A DNA stretch of 64,000 nucleotides, taken from the NCBI GenBank assembly GCA_949297805.1, contig CASFTG010000006.1, forward strand, positions 1,623 to 65,622, in the 5' to 3' direction. The stretch's first letter is position 1, and each line of letters begins with the position of its first letter. Origin of the DNA: an uncultured bacterium. GTDB taxonomy: Bacteria > Bacillota_I > Bacilli_A > RFN20 > CAG-826. This document shows positions 1 through 9,303 of the stretch, piece after piece. The notes below the pieces were generated by a model. It ran no database searches. It was given only the letters and a program-made list of their open reading frames with translations, and had not been told where the DNA came from. The position numbers were made by a program, and so were the translations under genes.

Positions 1-571
1 AAGGGAAGCAGAACGGAGCATCCTCGAACCGGCCATTTAAGACGATCGAGGGAACGGAGAGCAAGAGGTCCCGCTTAAACGCCTTGTTCCATAAGAACCC
101 GCGGACCGAGCAATCGAAGAGGAGCCGCTTGGCCGCTTCTTTTCCGCTGATGAGTTCCGCCTTCCGATGGCTAAAGGTATGCTTTTTGACCTTCCCGTTA
201 CGAAGATAGGCGAAAGCGCAGTCCACAGCATCGGCCCCCTTATCGAACCCTTCTTTCATTTTGAAGAAGAAATACGGGGAAAGATAATCATCGGCATCGG
301 CGAAGGCGACGTATTCCCCCTGGGCCAACCTTAACCCTTGTTCCCGGCTCCGCATCGGGCCGAGCCGTTCTAAGTTGGCCTTAACCCGGATCCGGGGATC
401 GGTCTTACCCGCCTCTTCCAATAACGCCAAATCCATCCCGTTGCTCGGCTCCACCGCGAAGATGGCCTCAAACTCCACCCCGCCTTTCTGCTCCTTTAAA
501 GAATCCAAAAGGCGCGGCAAGGTCTTCTCGGCCGCATAGCAAGGGATGATAAGAGAGAATAGAGGGCGCAT
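1..571 (-). CDS. Family-2 glycosyltransferase (C-terminal part cut by window edge)
   Basis: Minus-strand translation from the ATG at 569-571 reads MRPLFSLIIPCYAAEKTLPRLLDSLKEQ...GEYVAFADADDYLSPYFF without stops to position 1. This is the GT-A/GT2 N-terminal signature with a DxD (DAD) motif. The ORF is open-ended, so it is absent from the supplied track. Confidence 0.7.
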   Translation of the reverse strand, partial: MRPLFSLIIPCYAAEKTLPRLLDSLKEQKGGVEFEAIFAVEPSNGMDLALLEEAGKTDPRIRVKANLERLGPMRSREQGLRLAQGEYVAFADADDYLSPYFFFKMKEGFDKGADAVDCAFAYLRNGKVKKHTFSHRKAELISGKEAAKRLLFDCSVRGFLWNKAFKRDLLLSVPSIVLNGRFEDAPFCFP

Positions 572-577
572 AAGGAC

Positions 578-601
578 AAGAAAAGCCGGCCGAAGCCGGC
601 T
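578..601 (-). terminator. Rho-independent terminator after the BI-1 family gene
   Basis: On the minus strand: AGCCGGC-TTCG-GCCGGCT followed by TTTCTTG, 5 nt past the stop at 606. Confidence 0.7.
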
Positions 602-605
602 CGTA

Positions 606-1379
606 TCAATTCCGATTTCTCGAAGTGAAGATGATCAGCAGATAGAGGACGCGAATGAAGATCATGATGAAGTCGCTATACATCGTGAAGGCACAGTAGA
701 GGACGAGGTTGTCATTGCCCTCCCCCTGGGCCAGGATCTTCTTGATGTTATAGGCGTCGATCGCCGCGACGATAAGCGAGATGATGAGGATCGCCACCAT
801 GCAGACGAGCGAGAGCAAGACGCTCGCTTCGGGAGCGAAGAAGAAAGTCAGCATCGAAACCAAGGTCCCGATAAGAATCAAGATCCCGGCGATGCCTAAG
901 ACCATCCACATCCGGTTCAGGTCCTTCTTCGAATAATACCCCCAGAGGCCGACCGCGCCGAAGGCTAAGGCGGAGATAAGGAACGCCTCGCCGAAGATGT
1001 AGAAATCCACGCCGAGCAGGATAAACGAGGACAAGCAAATGCCCATCGCCACCGAATAGGTGATGAACCCCGGCCAAAGCGACCGATTGGTCCCGACTTT
1101 CCTTAGCATCGAGAAGGGGACGACGAGCATCACCACTAGAGTCACGACCGAGAGGATCAAGTAAGTGACCATCGGGGCGCTCGAATCGGGAGCAGCTTGC
1201 ATCCAATAAGCCAGCCCCAAAGCGAAGAGGAAGGAGCAAACCGCCGTCACCAGGAGCCCCAAAGCCATATAGAGATAAGCTTTGCCGAGCTTTTTGGAGA
1301 CGTTGGTGAGTTCCGGGGCCGGAGCCTGGAATTGTTGTTCCGGGTTCGGGGCTTGGTAGTCGTAAGTCGAAAAGGCCAT
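606..1379 (-). CDS. BAX inhibitor-1/YccA family integral membrane protein
   Basis: 257 aa with a Q/P-rich N-terminus followed by about 7 hydrophobic segments, typical of the bacterial BI-1/YccA family. The start lies 1 nt after the tpiA stop. Confidence 0.65.
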   Translation of the reverse strand: MAFSTYDYQAPNPEQQFQAPAPELTNVSKKLGKAYLYMALGLLVTAVCSFLFALGLAYWMQAAPDSSAPMVTYLILSVVTLVVMLVVPFSMLRKVGTNRSLWPGFITYSVAMGICLSSFILLGVDFYIFGEAFLISALAFGAVGLWGYYSKKDLNRMWMVLGIAGILILIGTLVSMLTFFFAPEASVLLSLVCMVAILIISLIVAAIDAYNIKKILAQGEGNDNLVLYCAFTMYSDFIMIFIRVLYLLIIFTSRNRN

Positions 1380-1380
1380 T

Positions 1381-2142
1381 TTATCCGATTAAGCCTTTCA
1401 ATAGACCCAAATAGGAATCGAGGGTCAAGGAAGCGCCGCCGACTAAGGCCCCGTCGATGTCGGGTTCGCTCATGTATTCGGCGATGTTGTTCGGCTTGAC
1501 CGAGCCGCCATAGAGGATGCGGATGGAGTCAGCCGTTTCCTTATCGTATAAAGAAGAAAGCAAATCACGGATGGCCTTGATGGTCTTCTCGGCGATTTCC
1601 TTGGTGGCGTTTTTGCCGGTCCCAATCGCCCAGATCGGCTCATAGGCGATGACGACTTTCTTCGCTTGTTCAGCCGAAAGGCCAGCAAAGCCGACTTTGA
1701 TTTGCTCAGCGACGAATTCATCGGTCTTCCCGGATTCGAAAGTCTCCAGCGATTCCCCGCAGCAATAAAGCGGGGTCATGTTGGCAGCCAGAATAGCTTT
1801 GATTTTGGCGTTGCAGTGTTCGCTGGTCTCGCCGTTATAAGTCCGGCGTTCGGAATGGCCGATGATGACCCAGTCGATGCCGATTTCCGAAAGCATGTTC
1901 AAGGCCACTTCGCCAGTATAGGCGCCATGACCGAACTCGGAGCAGTTCTGGGCCGCGACTTTGATCGAAGGATCGATGTTCTCTTTGACGGTCTGGAGGC
2001 AGACATAGGTCGGGGCGACCCCGATCTCGATGTTATGTTCCTTGGCAAGGGAAGCGATTTCGCCCGCCCCCAAGGCGAATTCCTTCGCCTCAGAGGGGGT
2101 TTTGTTCATCTTCCAGTTGCCGAATAGCAACTTGGTCCGCAT
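1381..2142 (-). CDS. tpiA: Triosephosphate isomerase
   Basis: 253 aa. Contains FGNWKMNK, IIGHSERR and AYEPIWAIGTGK motifs. Confidence 0.95.
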   Translation of the reverse strand: MRTKLLFGNWKMNKTPSEAKEFALGAGEIASLAKEHNIEIGVAPTYVCLQTVKENIDPSIKVAAQNCSEFGHGAYTGEVALNMLSEIGIDWVIIGHSERRTYNGETSEHCNAKIKAILAANMTPLYCCGESLETFESGKTDEFVAEQIKVGFAGLSAEQAKKVVIAYEPIWAIGTGKNATKEIAEKTIKAIRDLLSSLYDKETADSIRILYGGSVKPNNIAEYMSEPDIDGALVGGASLTLDSYLGLLKGLIG

Positions 2143-2148
2143 CGTTAA

Positions 2149-3375
2149 TCACCGTAAGACGTCAACACCAGGGAGGTGGCCGTCGTTCTCGATCATCTCG
2201 AGGGAAGCGCCGCCGCCGGTGGAGACGTGGGAGAAGTCATCCTTATAGCCGAACTGCTTAACGGCCGAGGCCGAATCGCCGCCGCCGCAGACGGTGAAGG
2301 CTTGGCCCTTGAGTTCGCGGATGGCTTCGCAGATGGCTAAGGTGCCAGCCTGGAATTCCTTTTGTTCGAAGACGCCCATCGGGCCATTCCAGAATACCAT
2401 CTTGGCTTCGAGGATGGCTTTCTTGTAGAGTTCGCGGGTCTTGGGGCCGATATCGACGCCTTGGAACCCGTCGGGGATCCCACCTTCGCATTCCTTGATG
2501 GTCCGGGTCTCAGTCGGTTCGAAGGAATCGGTGACGATGGAGTCGACCGGCAAGAGGATGCGGCCATGGGCTTCCTCTAAGCACTTTTTCGCATAGTCAA
2601 GCTGATCCTCTTCGCACGGGGAGTGGCCGATGGCTTCGCCCATCGCCTTCTTGAAGGTGTAGGCCATGGCCCCGCCGATGATGATCTTGTCACACTTCTT
2701 AAGTAAGGAATCGATGACTTTGATCTTATCGGAGACCTTGAAGCCGCCGAGGATAGCGACGTAAGGACGATCGGAAGAGGCAACCTCGACGCAACGGGTA
2801 AGATTATCGACTTCCTTGACCATTAAGTAGCCTTCAGCGACCGGCTTGCCCTCCTGTTTGAGGATGGTCGGGACGCCGACGGTCGAGGCATGGGCCCGGT
2901 GGGCCGAGCCGAAAGCATCGAGGACATAGACATCGGCTAGCGATGCCCATTCCTTGGCTAAATCGGGGTTGTTCTTCTCTTCGCCCTTCTCATAACGAGT
3001 GTTCTGCATGAGGAGGATCTCGCCGTCTTTGAGGTCAGCGACGGCTTTGGCGAGTTCTTCGCCATGGGTCGCCGGGCAGAAATGGACTTTGGTGGTGACG
3101 AGTTCGCCTAAGCGGGTGGCGACGCAAGCCATGTCATTGGCTTTCTTCATCTCCTCGATCTTGGCCGGATCGGGTTCTTTCCATTTGATCTTGCCAAGAT
3201 GGGACATGAGGATGACCTTGGCCCCTTTGCCGGTCAAATAGTTGATGGTCGGCAAAGCGGCGCGGATGCGGTTGTCGTCACGGATGACGCCGCCTTTCTG
3301 CGGGACGTTGAAATCAACGCGGACTAGGACCTTCTTTCCCTGGAGGTCCTTGAGGGATTCGATGGTTTGAAGCAT
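2149..3375 (-). CDS. pgk: Phosphoglycerate kinase
   Basis: 408 aa. Contains VLVRVDFNVP, SHLG and STGGGASLE motifs, directly upstream of tpiA. Confidence 0.95.
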   Translation of the reverse strand: MLQTIESLKDLQGKKVLVRVDFNVPQKGGVIRDDNRIRAALPTINYLTGKGAKVILMSHLGKIKWKEPDPAKIEEMKKANDMACVATRLGELVTTKVHFCPATHGEELAKAVADLKDGEILLMQNTRYEKGEEKNNPDLAKEWASLADVYVLDAFGSAHRAHASTVGVPTILKQEGKPVAEGYLMVKEVDNLTRCVEVASSDRPYVAILGGFKVSDKIKVIDSLLKKCDKIIIGGAMAYTFKKAMGEAIGHSPCEEDQLDYAKKCLEEAHGRILLPVDSIVTDSFEPTETRTIKECEGGIPDGFQGVDIGPKTRELYKKAILEAKMVFWNGPMGVFEQKEFQAGTLAICEAIRELKGQAFTVCGGGDSASAVKQFGYKDDFSHVSTGGGASLEMIENDGHLPGVDVLR

Positions 3376-3456
3376 TGGTATGTATCTCCTTGCAGTGAAT
3401 ATCTTAGCACCCTATAAGGGTGAGGAAAATAGAAACGGGGAAAACGGCAAAATGGT

Positions 3457-4263
3457 CTAATCCAATTCGTTTAGGAGATTTGGAATGAATTTTGTTGATG
3501 GAGAATAATGGATAAGTGGATTTTGAAAATAGGACTTGGGCATTCCCATTACATAATAATCTTCGCGATATTGAAAGTACGGGTCTTGGCGATAGTCGGG
3601 AAGCAGGCAATGAAAATAGAAATTATCGCCAATGATGAATGGATAACCCAGCGAATAAGTCCAATCAGTCCTAAAGAAAAGCAATAAGTTATTTTGGAAG
3701 TAATCATCGTCCCGCGCAAAAGTTGGTAGCAAGTATTTCTCGTAATGGCCCGGCGAGGTCAACAGCATGTAATCATCTTCGCCATAATCGTAAATCAAGG
3801 CCTCCTCAAAGCCGAGCGGCTTCACAGTTCCGTCAATAATCCGAACATCGAGGGAAAACAGTGTTTCCTTACCCTGCTTCAAAGCGATGGTCGTCTCGCC
3901 TGGATAGATGAAAAAGATACTGAATACGCTGAAGGGAATTTCGTGTCCAATGGCTTGATGCGGTGGAACAAAATTATAAAGACTAAAGGGATAATCACGG
4001 TAGACATGAAGATAGCCAGGCTCATACTCCCAATAGAAATCATCTGGCAACCGATAACCGGAGGGAATATCGCAGCTCACGAAATAGGATGTCCGAACCG
4101 AAAAAGTTGTGTTCCATTTCGACACCTGCCCCGGCTCAACCGGGAGTGAGAACTCAATGTCCCCTTCGTATTCCGGAGGCAAAGAGGTATCGGCGCTATT
4201 GGAACAACCGACTGCGCCGACTAATAACGGCATCAATAGCAAGAATTTTCTAATTTTAGTCAT
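3457..4263 (-). CDS. Hypothetical lipoprotein
   Basis: 268 aa. The N-terminus MTKIRKFLLLMPLLVGAVGCS has a signal peptide plus lipobox (VGAVGC). The mature part is Tyr/Phe/Asp-rich with no recognisable family. The region looks AT-richer than the flanking glycolytic genes. Confidence 0.6.
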   Translation of the reverse strand: MTKIRKFLLLMPLLVGAVGCSNSADTSLPPEYEGDIEFSLPVEPGQVSKWNTTFSVRTSYFVSCDIPSGYRLPDDFYWEYEPGYLHVYRDYPFSLYNFVPPHQAIGHEIPFSVFSIFFIYPGETTIALKQGKETLFSLDVRIIDGTVKPLGFEEALIYDYGEDDYMLLTSPGHYEKYLLPTFARDDDYFQNNLLLFFRTDWTYSLGYPFIIGDNFYFHCLLPDYRQDPYFQYREDYYVMGMPKSYFQNPLIHYSPSTKFIPNLLNELD

Positions 4264-4517
4264 AAGCCACCATCCGTAAATGTTTCATTAACCACAAGCG
4301 GCTCGTAATTCCCGAGCAGATAATCAGCTGCTTCTGCGTCAGTGGAAAGTCCAATATCGCCTTTGAACAATGCGTAAGTATAGAACAAGCCCGGTTCGAC
4401 CGTGGCGCTGTACGTAGGGTCAACTCCGTTTTGGAAACTTGATGATTGTTTTTGCGCGTTGAAAGAATTGGGCGCGATCAATGAAACGGCCAACGAGAAT
4501 AGACAAACCAAGTCCAT
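4260..4517 (-). CDS. Small secreted hypothetical protein
   Basis: 85 aa with a hydrophobic N-terminus. GGGAG sits 8 nt upstream of the ATG, and the stop overlaps the start of the downstream lipoprotein gene by 4 nt. Confidence 0.45.
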   Translation of the reverse strand: MDLVCLFSLAVSLIAPNSFNAQKQSSSFQNGVDPTYSATVEPGLFYTYALFKGDIGLSTDAEAADYLLGNYEPLVVNETFTDGGL

Positions 4518-4615
4518 AATAGGCTCCCACTAACGACGGTCTTATTGTAATGCTGTCATTTTATCAAATCAACATGCGTCCATTTTCTAGAGTTAAGTCC
4601 ATATTTAGTCGGCAG

Positions 4616-4642
4616 AAAAAGGCCCCCGGTTTCCCAGGAGCC
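4616..4642 (-). terminator. Rho-independent terminator after gap
   Basis: On the minus strand: GGCTCCTGG-GAAA-CCGGGGGCC followed by TTTTT, about 20 nt past the gap stop. Confidence 0.7.
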
Positions 4643-4663
4643 TAATTGGTGTAAATCCGCTGA

Positions 4664-5725
4664 TTACTTGCAGCCGAGGACTTTGCCATATTCGCCAGCG
4701 AGGCGGATGTATTGGCAGGTGAAGGAGTTCTCGTTGTCGTACCAGGAGACGACCTTGACGTGATGGAGGCCAGCCTTGTCGGTGAAGACGACGGTCTGGG
4801 TGGCATCGAAGATCGAGCCATAGGTCGAGCCGATGATATCGGAGGAGACGATCTCGTCTTCGGTGTAGCCGAGGACGTTCTTGAGATAGCCTTCGGAAGC
4901 TTCCTTCAAAGCGGCGTTGATGCCGTCTTTGGTGATGTCTTCATCATCGAGGACGAGCGAGAGGTCGACGAGCGAGCCAGCCGGAACCGGGACCCGGATC
5001 GCGCCGCCCATGAGCTTGCCATCGAGCGAGGGGATGACAGCCTTGATCGCCTTGGCCGCACCAGTGGTGGTCGGGACGATGTTGGCGGCAGCCGCCCGGC
5101 CACGGCGGAGGTTGCCCTTCGCGAGGTCGAGGATGGTCTGGTCATTGGTATAGGCATGGACGGTGGTCATGAAACCGCCGGAGACGTGATACTTCTTGTC
5201 GAGGACGTCCATAACCGGGGCAAGGCAGTTGGTGGTGCAGGAGCCGCCGGAGATGACTTTCATGTCCTTGGTGAGCTTGTCGGTGTTGACGCCATAGACG
5301 AAGGTCGGGATGTCCTTCGAGGAGGACGGGGCCGAGATGATGACGCCCTTGGCGCCATTGTCGAGATGGACCTGGCCATCTTCTTTGCTCTTGAGGCGGC
5401 CGGTGCATTCAAGGACGATGTCGACGCCGTATTCACCCCACTTCAGATCATGGGGATCCTTCTTGCCGAGGACCGGGATCTTGTGGCCCTTGAAGACGAT
5501 GTAGTTCTCGATGATGTTGCCGGCTTCGTCTTTCTTGACGTCGGCTTCGATCTCATCGGTGTGCCACGAACCCTGGGTGGTGTCGTACTTGAGAAGATAG
5601 GCGAGGGTCTTCGCGTCGACCAAGTCGTTGATGGCGACGACTTCGAAGCCGCCGACTTCGTAGGCCCGGCGGAAAGCGAGGCGGCCAATGCGCCCGAATC
5701 CGTTGATTGCTAGTTTGATGGACAT
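4664..5725 (-). CDS. gap: Glyceraldehyde-3-phosphate dehydrogenase
   Basis: 353 aa. Contains INGFGRIGR and the SCTTNCLAP active-site motif. Confidence 0.95.
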   Translation of the reverse strand: MSIKLAINGFGRIGRLAFRRAYEVGGFEVVAINDLVDAKTLAYLLKYDTTQGSWHTDEIEADVKKDEAGNIIENYIVFKGHKIPVLGKKDPHDLKWGEYGVDIVLECTGRLKSKEDGQVHLDNGAKGVIISAPSSSKDIPTFVYGVNTDKLTKDMKVISGGSCTTNCLAPVMDVLDKKYHVSGGFMTTVHAYTNDQTILDLAKGNLRRGRAAAANIVPTTTGAAKAIKAVIPSLDGKLMGGAIRVPVPAGSLVDLSLVLDDEDITKDGINAALKEASEGYLKNVLGYTEDEIVSSDIIGSTYGSIFDATQTVVFTDKAGLHHVKVVSWYDNENSFTCQYIRLAGEYGKVLGCK

Positions 5726-5761
5726 ATTTTTCTTGTCCCTCCTTATTTAAACTGCACGCAC

Positions 5762-5769
5762 ATTATACA
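5762..5769 (-). promoter_or_regulatory. Candidate extended -10 promoter element for gap
   Basis: The minus strand reads TGTATAAT about 35 nt upstream of the gap ATG, before an AAGGAGG RBS. The -35 element is weak. Confidence 0.35.
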
Positions 5770-5937
5770 AAGGGGCAACAGGCAAGGAAAGAGGATAAAT
5801 CAAAAAGCGGTTTACCGGTTGTTTACCTTTAGGTAAAGGAAGAAATCCGCCCCTTTCCCGTTGACGGAAGGGAACTCGTTGCTCTGACGAATCGCCTCCG
5901 CTTCACAAATCCCCCTCTCCCTATAAAATAGATATAT

Positions 5938-6519
5938 ATGTGGAACCCCGTTACCCTATTGCCATTGCTCTTAGTCCTCACCGGCTGCCCGGCCAATCTA
6001 AGCTCGACCAGCCAATCAAACGAGGAAAAACCAAGCGAAAGCCAACCCAGCGGAGAAGAGTCCACCCACTATCTTGATTATGAAGTCACCGCCTCGAAAG
6101 AAATCATCGATGCCGGATTGCCTTGGCTTTTCGGTGGCGAAATCCAGCCCTTTATCGATGTGACTGAGTATGGCCGTTCTCCCTTGATTCCCGGGGACTC
6201 GGTTCGAATCAGCTACCAGGGGGAAATCAAAATCCGCGAGACCTGGCCCGCGACGGCCGACCTCAGCCAAGCCACGGTAACCGGGGTCGAGGTCTATGAA
6301 GCCCGGGTCTGCGAATTCGCCGTCAAGGGCACAGACTTATACGAAAACGGCGAGAAAACGATCTATGGCCTGCCGGAGACAATCTATCTCGATGATTGGC
6401 AAGGATATGACGAAGGAGCCAAAGTCCTCGAAGACGGGATGACCGTCTATGGGATCAACCCCGCCGCCTTCAGTTCATTCAACTGCGTCTATTTCTGCCT
6501 CTTCAATCCCCGAGGCTGA
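5938..6519 (+). CDS. Hypothetical lipoprotein
   Basis: 193 aa. MWNPVTLLPLLLVLTGCPA has a lipobox (LTGC). This is one of the few plus-strand genes. Its 3' end overlaps the convergent AAA-ATPase gene by 17 nt. Confidence 0.55.
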   Translation: MWNPVTLLPLLLVLTGCPANLSSTSQSNEEKPSESQPSGEESTHYLDYEVTASKEIIDAGLPWLFGGEIQPFIDVTEYGRSPLIPGDSVRISYQGEIKIRETWPATADLSQATVTGVEVYEARVCEFAVKGTDLYENGEKTIYGLPETIYLDDWQGYDEGAKVLEDGMTVYGINPAAFSSFNCVYFCLFNPRG

Positions 6520-7864
6520 CTTTCGGAATCGGGACGATTCGGCTTTCGTAAGCCTGCTGGCCCAAAAGGCAAAGCATATAAATCGGAAGATAAAGGATCC
6601 GGCCCTCCCTTTGGATATTGCACCGACCATACACCCGACCTTCTTTGATCGAAGGGTAATCGGATAGCAAACGATTAAACGCCGCATGCTTATCGAAAAG
6701 GGGGCCGCTTTTGATTTCGATTGGCAGGACCGCCCCACCCTTTTCGATTAGGAAATCGACCTCGCCCAGACCCTTGGAATCATAGTAATAGAGGTCGTAC
6801 CCCTTTCCTTTTAAGGCCATCGCCGCGTAATTCTCGTAAATCCCGCCCCGATTGAAAGTCGGGTCGAGGGACAGGATCTTGGTTTTGCTCTCTAATCCCA
6901 TGGCGCTAGTGAGCATCCCGACGTCAGCATCATAAAGCTTAAACAAAGAATGGCGGACCGACGGCTTAAGCGGACCTCGAGGATCAGCGACGTTATAGCA
7001 AGGTAGCGCCACGCCGGCGTTGGCAAGCCAAACGAAAGAATTGTGGAGACGGTCTATCCGCGCCCCTTTGGCAACGTCGGTAACGATGAAGCGGCCGGCC
7101 GAACGACTGAGGAAAGAAGGAATCAGATCATAAATCTCCGTCAGCACCAACCGCCGATCGGTTTTCTCATAACGGGTGAAATCAAGTTTGTATAAGCTCC
7201 GGATCACCTTATGGGCTTGGGCGATGTCGACCATATCGTTGGTTTCAAGATAAGCGTTGACCGCCTGCGGCATCCCCCCTACCGTTAAATACAAATCAAA
7301 GACATGCAGCAATTGAGAATGGGTCGGTTCGGGGACCGGCTTCTTTTCCCGATAGCAAGTTTCGAGGAAGGAAAACAACTCCTCAGGATAGCCAAGGGCC
7401 AGAAAGAACTCATGGAAATCCAACGGATAGAGATGGACATAATCCAAATACCCGACCGGAGCGCTTTCGGGGACCTTGAGGCTGACCCCGAGCAAAGAGC
7501 CGGAAAGAATGAAGCGATAACGTTTATCCAAAGCGAAGAACTTCGCCGTCGTCAGCACATCATCCAACTCCTGGATCTCATCGAGGAAGAAGATGGTTTT
7601 GCCCGGGATCAGACGATGCTTTGGGAAGAAACCCGATAGTTGGAAATACAAATCATCCAAAGAGGAGAAATGATTGAAAAGGTCGCGGACGGGGGCTTTT
7701 TTCCGGTCAAGGAAGTTGATTTCCAGATAATCGCATCCTCCCGATTGAAGACATTGCTCGATTAAATAGGTTTTGCCGACTTGCCGGGCCCCGTCGACCA
7801 GTAAAACGTTTTGTCCCGATTGGATCCATTTCTTAATTTGGGTGCTCTTATCTCGATATAACAT
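6503..7864 (-). CDS. AAA-family ATPase with C-terminal DUF4143 (PD-(D/E)xK-like) domain
   Basis: Contains a Walker-A-like GARQVGKTY and the C-terminal pattern YYYDSKGLGEVDFLIE...PIEIKSG typical of AAA_14/DUF4143 proteins. The start is set at the internal ATG (MLYRDKST...) by alignment with the paralog at 22651-23967. The track ORF extends to 7948. Confidence 0.75.
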   Translation of the reverse strand: MLYRDKSTQIKKWIQSGQNVLLVDGARQVGKTYLIEQCLQSGGCDYLEINFLDRKKAPVRDLFNHFSSLDDLYFQLSGFFPKHRLIPGKTIFFLDEIQELDDVLTTAKFFALDKRYRFILSGSLLGVSLKVPESAPVGYLDYVHLYPLDFHEFFLALGYPEELFSFLETCYREKKPVPEPTHSQLLHVFDLYLTVGGMPQAVNAYLETNDMVDIAQAHKVIRSLYKLDFTRYEKTDRRLVLTEIYDLIPSFLSRSAGRFIVTDVAKGARIDRLHNSFVWLANAGVALPCYNVADPRGPLKPSVRHSLFKLYDADVGMLTSAMGLESKTKILSLDPTFNRGGIYENYAAMALKGKGYDLYYYDSKGLGEVDFLIEKGGAVLPIEIKSGPLFDKHAAFNRLLSDYPSIKEGRVYGRCNIQREGRILYLPIYMLCLLGQQAYESRIVPIPKVSLGD

Positions 7865-7928
7865 TGCTTGGTTACCTGCTATAGTTAAAATACCAGTTTT
7901 TATCGCATATTTCAAGGAACTTAACGAC

Positions 7929-8007
7929 AAATCTGACAAAAATACCAATTCGAAAATACCTGTTTTGTCAAAAATTCGTATTCGAAAATCGAAAATCTGA
8001 CAAAAAT
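7929..8007. repeat. Direct repeats in the leader of the AAA/DUF4143 gene
   Basis: AAATCTGACAAAAAT occurs at 7929-7943 and 7993-8007, with the related GTTTTGTCAAAAATT at 7962-76. Interspersed TTCGAAAAT copies are also present. Confidence 0.6.
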
Positions 8008-8089
8008 TGCAACACCAATAAAAACTATCCCCCTAAACTTATGCGGCTTTTGCGGCCTTCTCTCCATCCTGCGGGGTTTTAGGCAGAAG

Positions 8090-8118
8090 AAAAGCCCGTC
8101 GGAAGTAACCGACGGGCG
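8090..8118 (-). terminator. Rho-independent terminator after the alcohol dehydrogenase gene
   Basis: On the minus strand: CGCCCGTCGG-TTACTT-CCGACGGGC followed by TTTTCTT. Confidence 0.75.
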
Positions 8119-8130
8119 ATTCAAGATTAA

Positions 8131-9279
8131 TTACATCAACGACTTATAGAGGGCTTTGACCTGCTCCTTGGTCGGGGCGATCGGATTGCCGCCCATGCAG
8201 GCGTCGGCCAAAGCCGAATCGGCGAGGAAATCGAGGTCCTCTTCCTTGACGATGCCCTTGAGGTTGGTCGGGATGCCGACGTCTTCCGAGAGCTTGGAGA
8301 CGGCGGCGATGGCCGCTTCCCGATACTCCTCGGTGCTCATCGAATCGACCCCTTCAACCCCCATGGCCCGGGCGAGTTCCCGATACTTCGTCCCGGTGTA
8401 TTCCGCGTTGAACTTCATCCCGGTCGGGAGGAGGATCGAGCAGGCGACCCCATGCGGGGTGTCGTAAAGGGCCGACAACGGATGGGCCATCGAGTGGACG
8501 ATGCCAAGCCCGACGTTGGAGAAGCCCATGCCGGCGACATATTGGCCTAAGGCCATCCCTTCCCGGCCTTCCTTCTCCCCGGCATAGGCCGAGCGAAGGT
8601 TATGGGAAATGAGTTTGATGGCTTCAAGGTGGAGGCAATCGGAGAGTTCCCAAGCCCCTTTGGTGATGAGCCCTTCGATCGCATGGGTCAAAGCATCCAT
8701 CCCGGTCGAGGCGGTGAGCCCCTTCGGCATCGAGGACATCATGGTCGGATCGATGAAGGCGACGATCGGCATGTCATGAGGATCGACGCAGACGAACTTA
8801 CGGGATTTCTCGACGTCGGTGATGACGTAGTTGATGGTGACCTCAGCCGCGGTCCCGGCGGTGGTCGGGATGGCGAGGATCGGGGCGCAGGGGTTCTTAG
8901 TCGGGGCCACCCCTTCTAAACTCCGGACATCGGCGAATTCCGGGTTGGTGGCGATGATGCCGATGGCTTTGGCAGTGTCCATAGCCGAGCCACCGCCGAT
9001 GGCGATGAGGTAGTCGGCCCCGGCTTTCTTGAAAGCCTCAACCCCTTCTTGGACGTTTTCGATGGTCGGGTTCGGCTTGATACCGTCATAGATCTCGTAG
9101 GCTAAGCCGGCGGCGTCGAGCAATTTAGTGACGTTATCGACGACCTTGAACTTGATGAGCCCCGGATCGGTGCAAAGGAGCCCTTTTTTGAAGTGATGGG
9201 ATTGGATCTCGGTCACCACCGAGTCAATCGCCCCGTACCCATGATAGGAAACGGGGTTCAAACAGAAACGATTAGCCAT
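8131..9279 (-). CDS. fucO: Iron-containing alcohol dehydrogenase, lactaldehyde reductase (FucO)-like
   Basis: 382 aa. Long stretches match E. coli FucO as recalled from memory: ADYLIAIGGGS, NPEFADVRSLEG, PILAIPTTAGTAAEVTINYVITD, ALGQYVAGMGFSNVGLG. Confidence 0.8.
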   Translation of the reverse strand: MANRFCLNPVSYHGYGAIDSVVTEIQSHHFKKGLLCTDPGLIKFKVVDNVTKLLDAAGLAYEIYDGIKPNPTIENVQEGVEAFKKAGADYLIAIGGGSAMDTAKAIGIIATNPEFADVRSLEGVAPTKNPCAPILAIPTTAGTAAEVTINYVITDVEKSRKFVCVDPHDMPIVAFIDPTMMSSMPKGLTASTGMDALTHAIEGLITKGAWELSDCLHLEAIKLISHNLRSAYAGEKEGREGMALGQYVAGMGFSNVGLGIVHSMAHPLSALYDTPHGVACSILLPTGMKFNAEYTGTKYRELARAMGVEGVDSMSTEEYREAAIAAVSKLSEDVGIPTNLKGIVKEEDLDFLADSALADACMGGNPIAPTKEQVKALYKSLM

Positions 9280-9303
9280 TGTATTCCTCCTGCTGGCTAG
9301 GCA

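Noticed and set aside
748-1239. A 163-aa minus-strand ORF nested in the BI-1 family gene in another frame.
   Set aside because: It overlaps a longer ORF that has clear membrane-protein character. Its own translation is Arg/Leu/Gly-rich with no features.
3408-3422. The hairpin CACCCT-TAT-AGGGTG between the lipoprotein gene and pgk, considered as a terminator.
   Set aside because: The stem is short, the loop is 3 nt, and no U-tract follows on the minus strand. This is insufficient for a terminator call.
4712-5713. A 333-aa plus-strand ORF opposite gap.
   Set aside because: This is an antisense shadow ORF of GAPDH. The sequence is G/D/V-rich with no motifs.
7865-7948. Upstream extensions of several track ORFs: 7865-7948, 17736-17783, 56609-56671, 61885-61944, 62186-62224 and 21258-21263.
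   Set aside because: In each case an internal ATG with a proper Shine-Dalgarno and/or alignment to a paralog or ortholog N-terminus gives a better start. The extensions also overlap upstream genes or operators.
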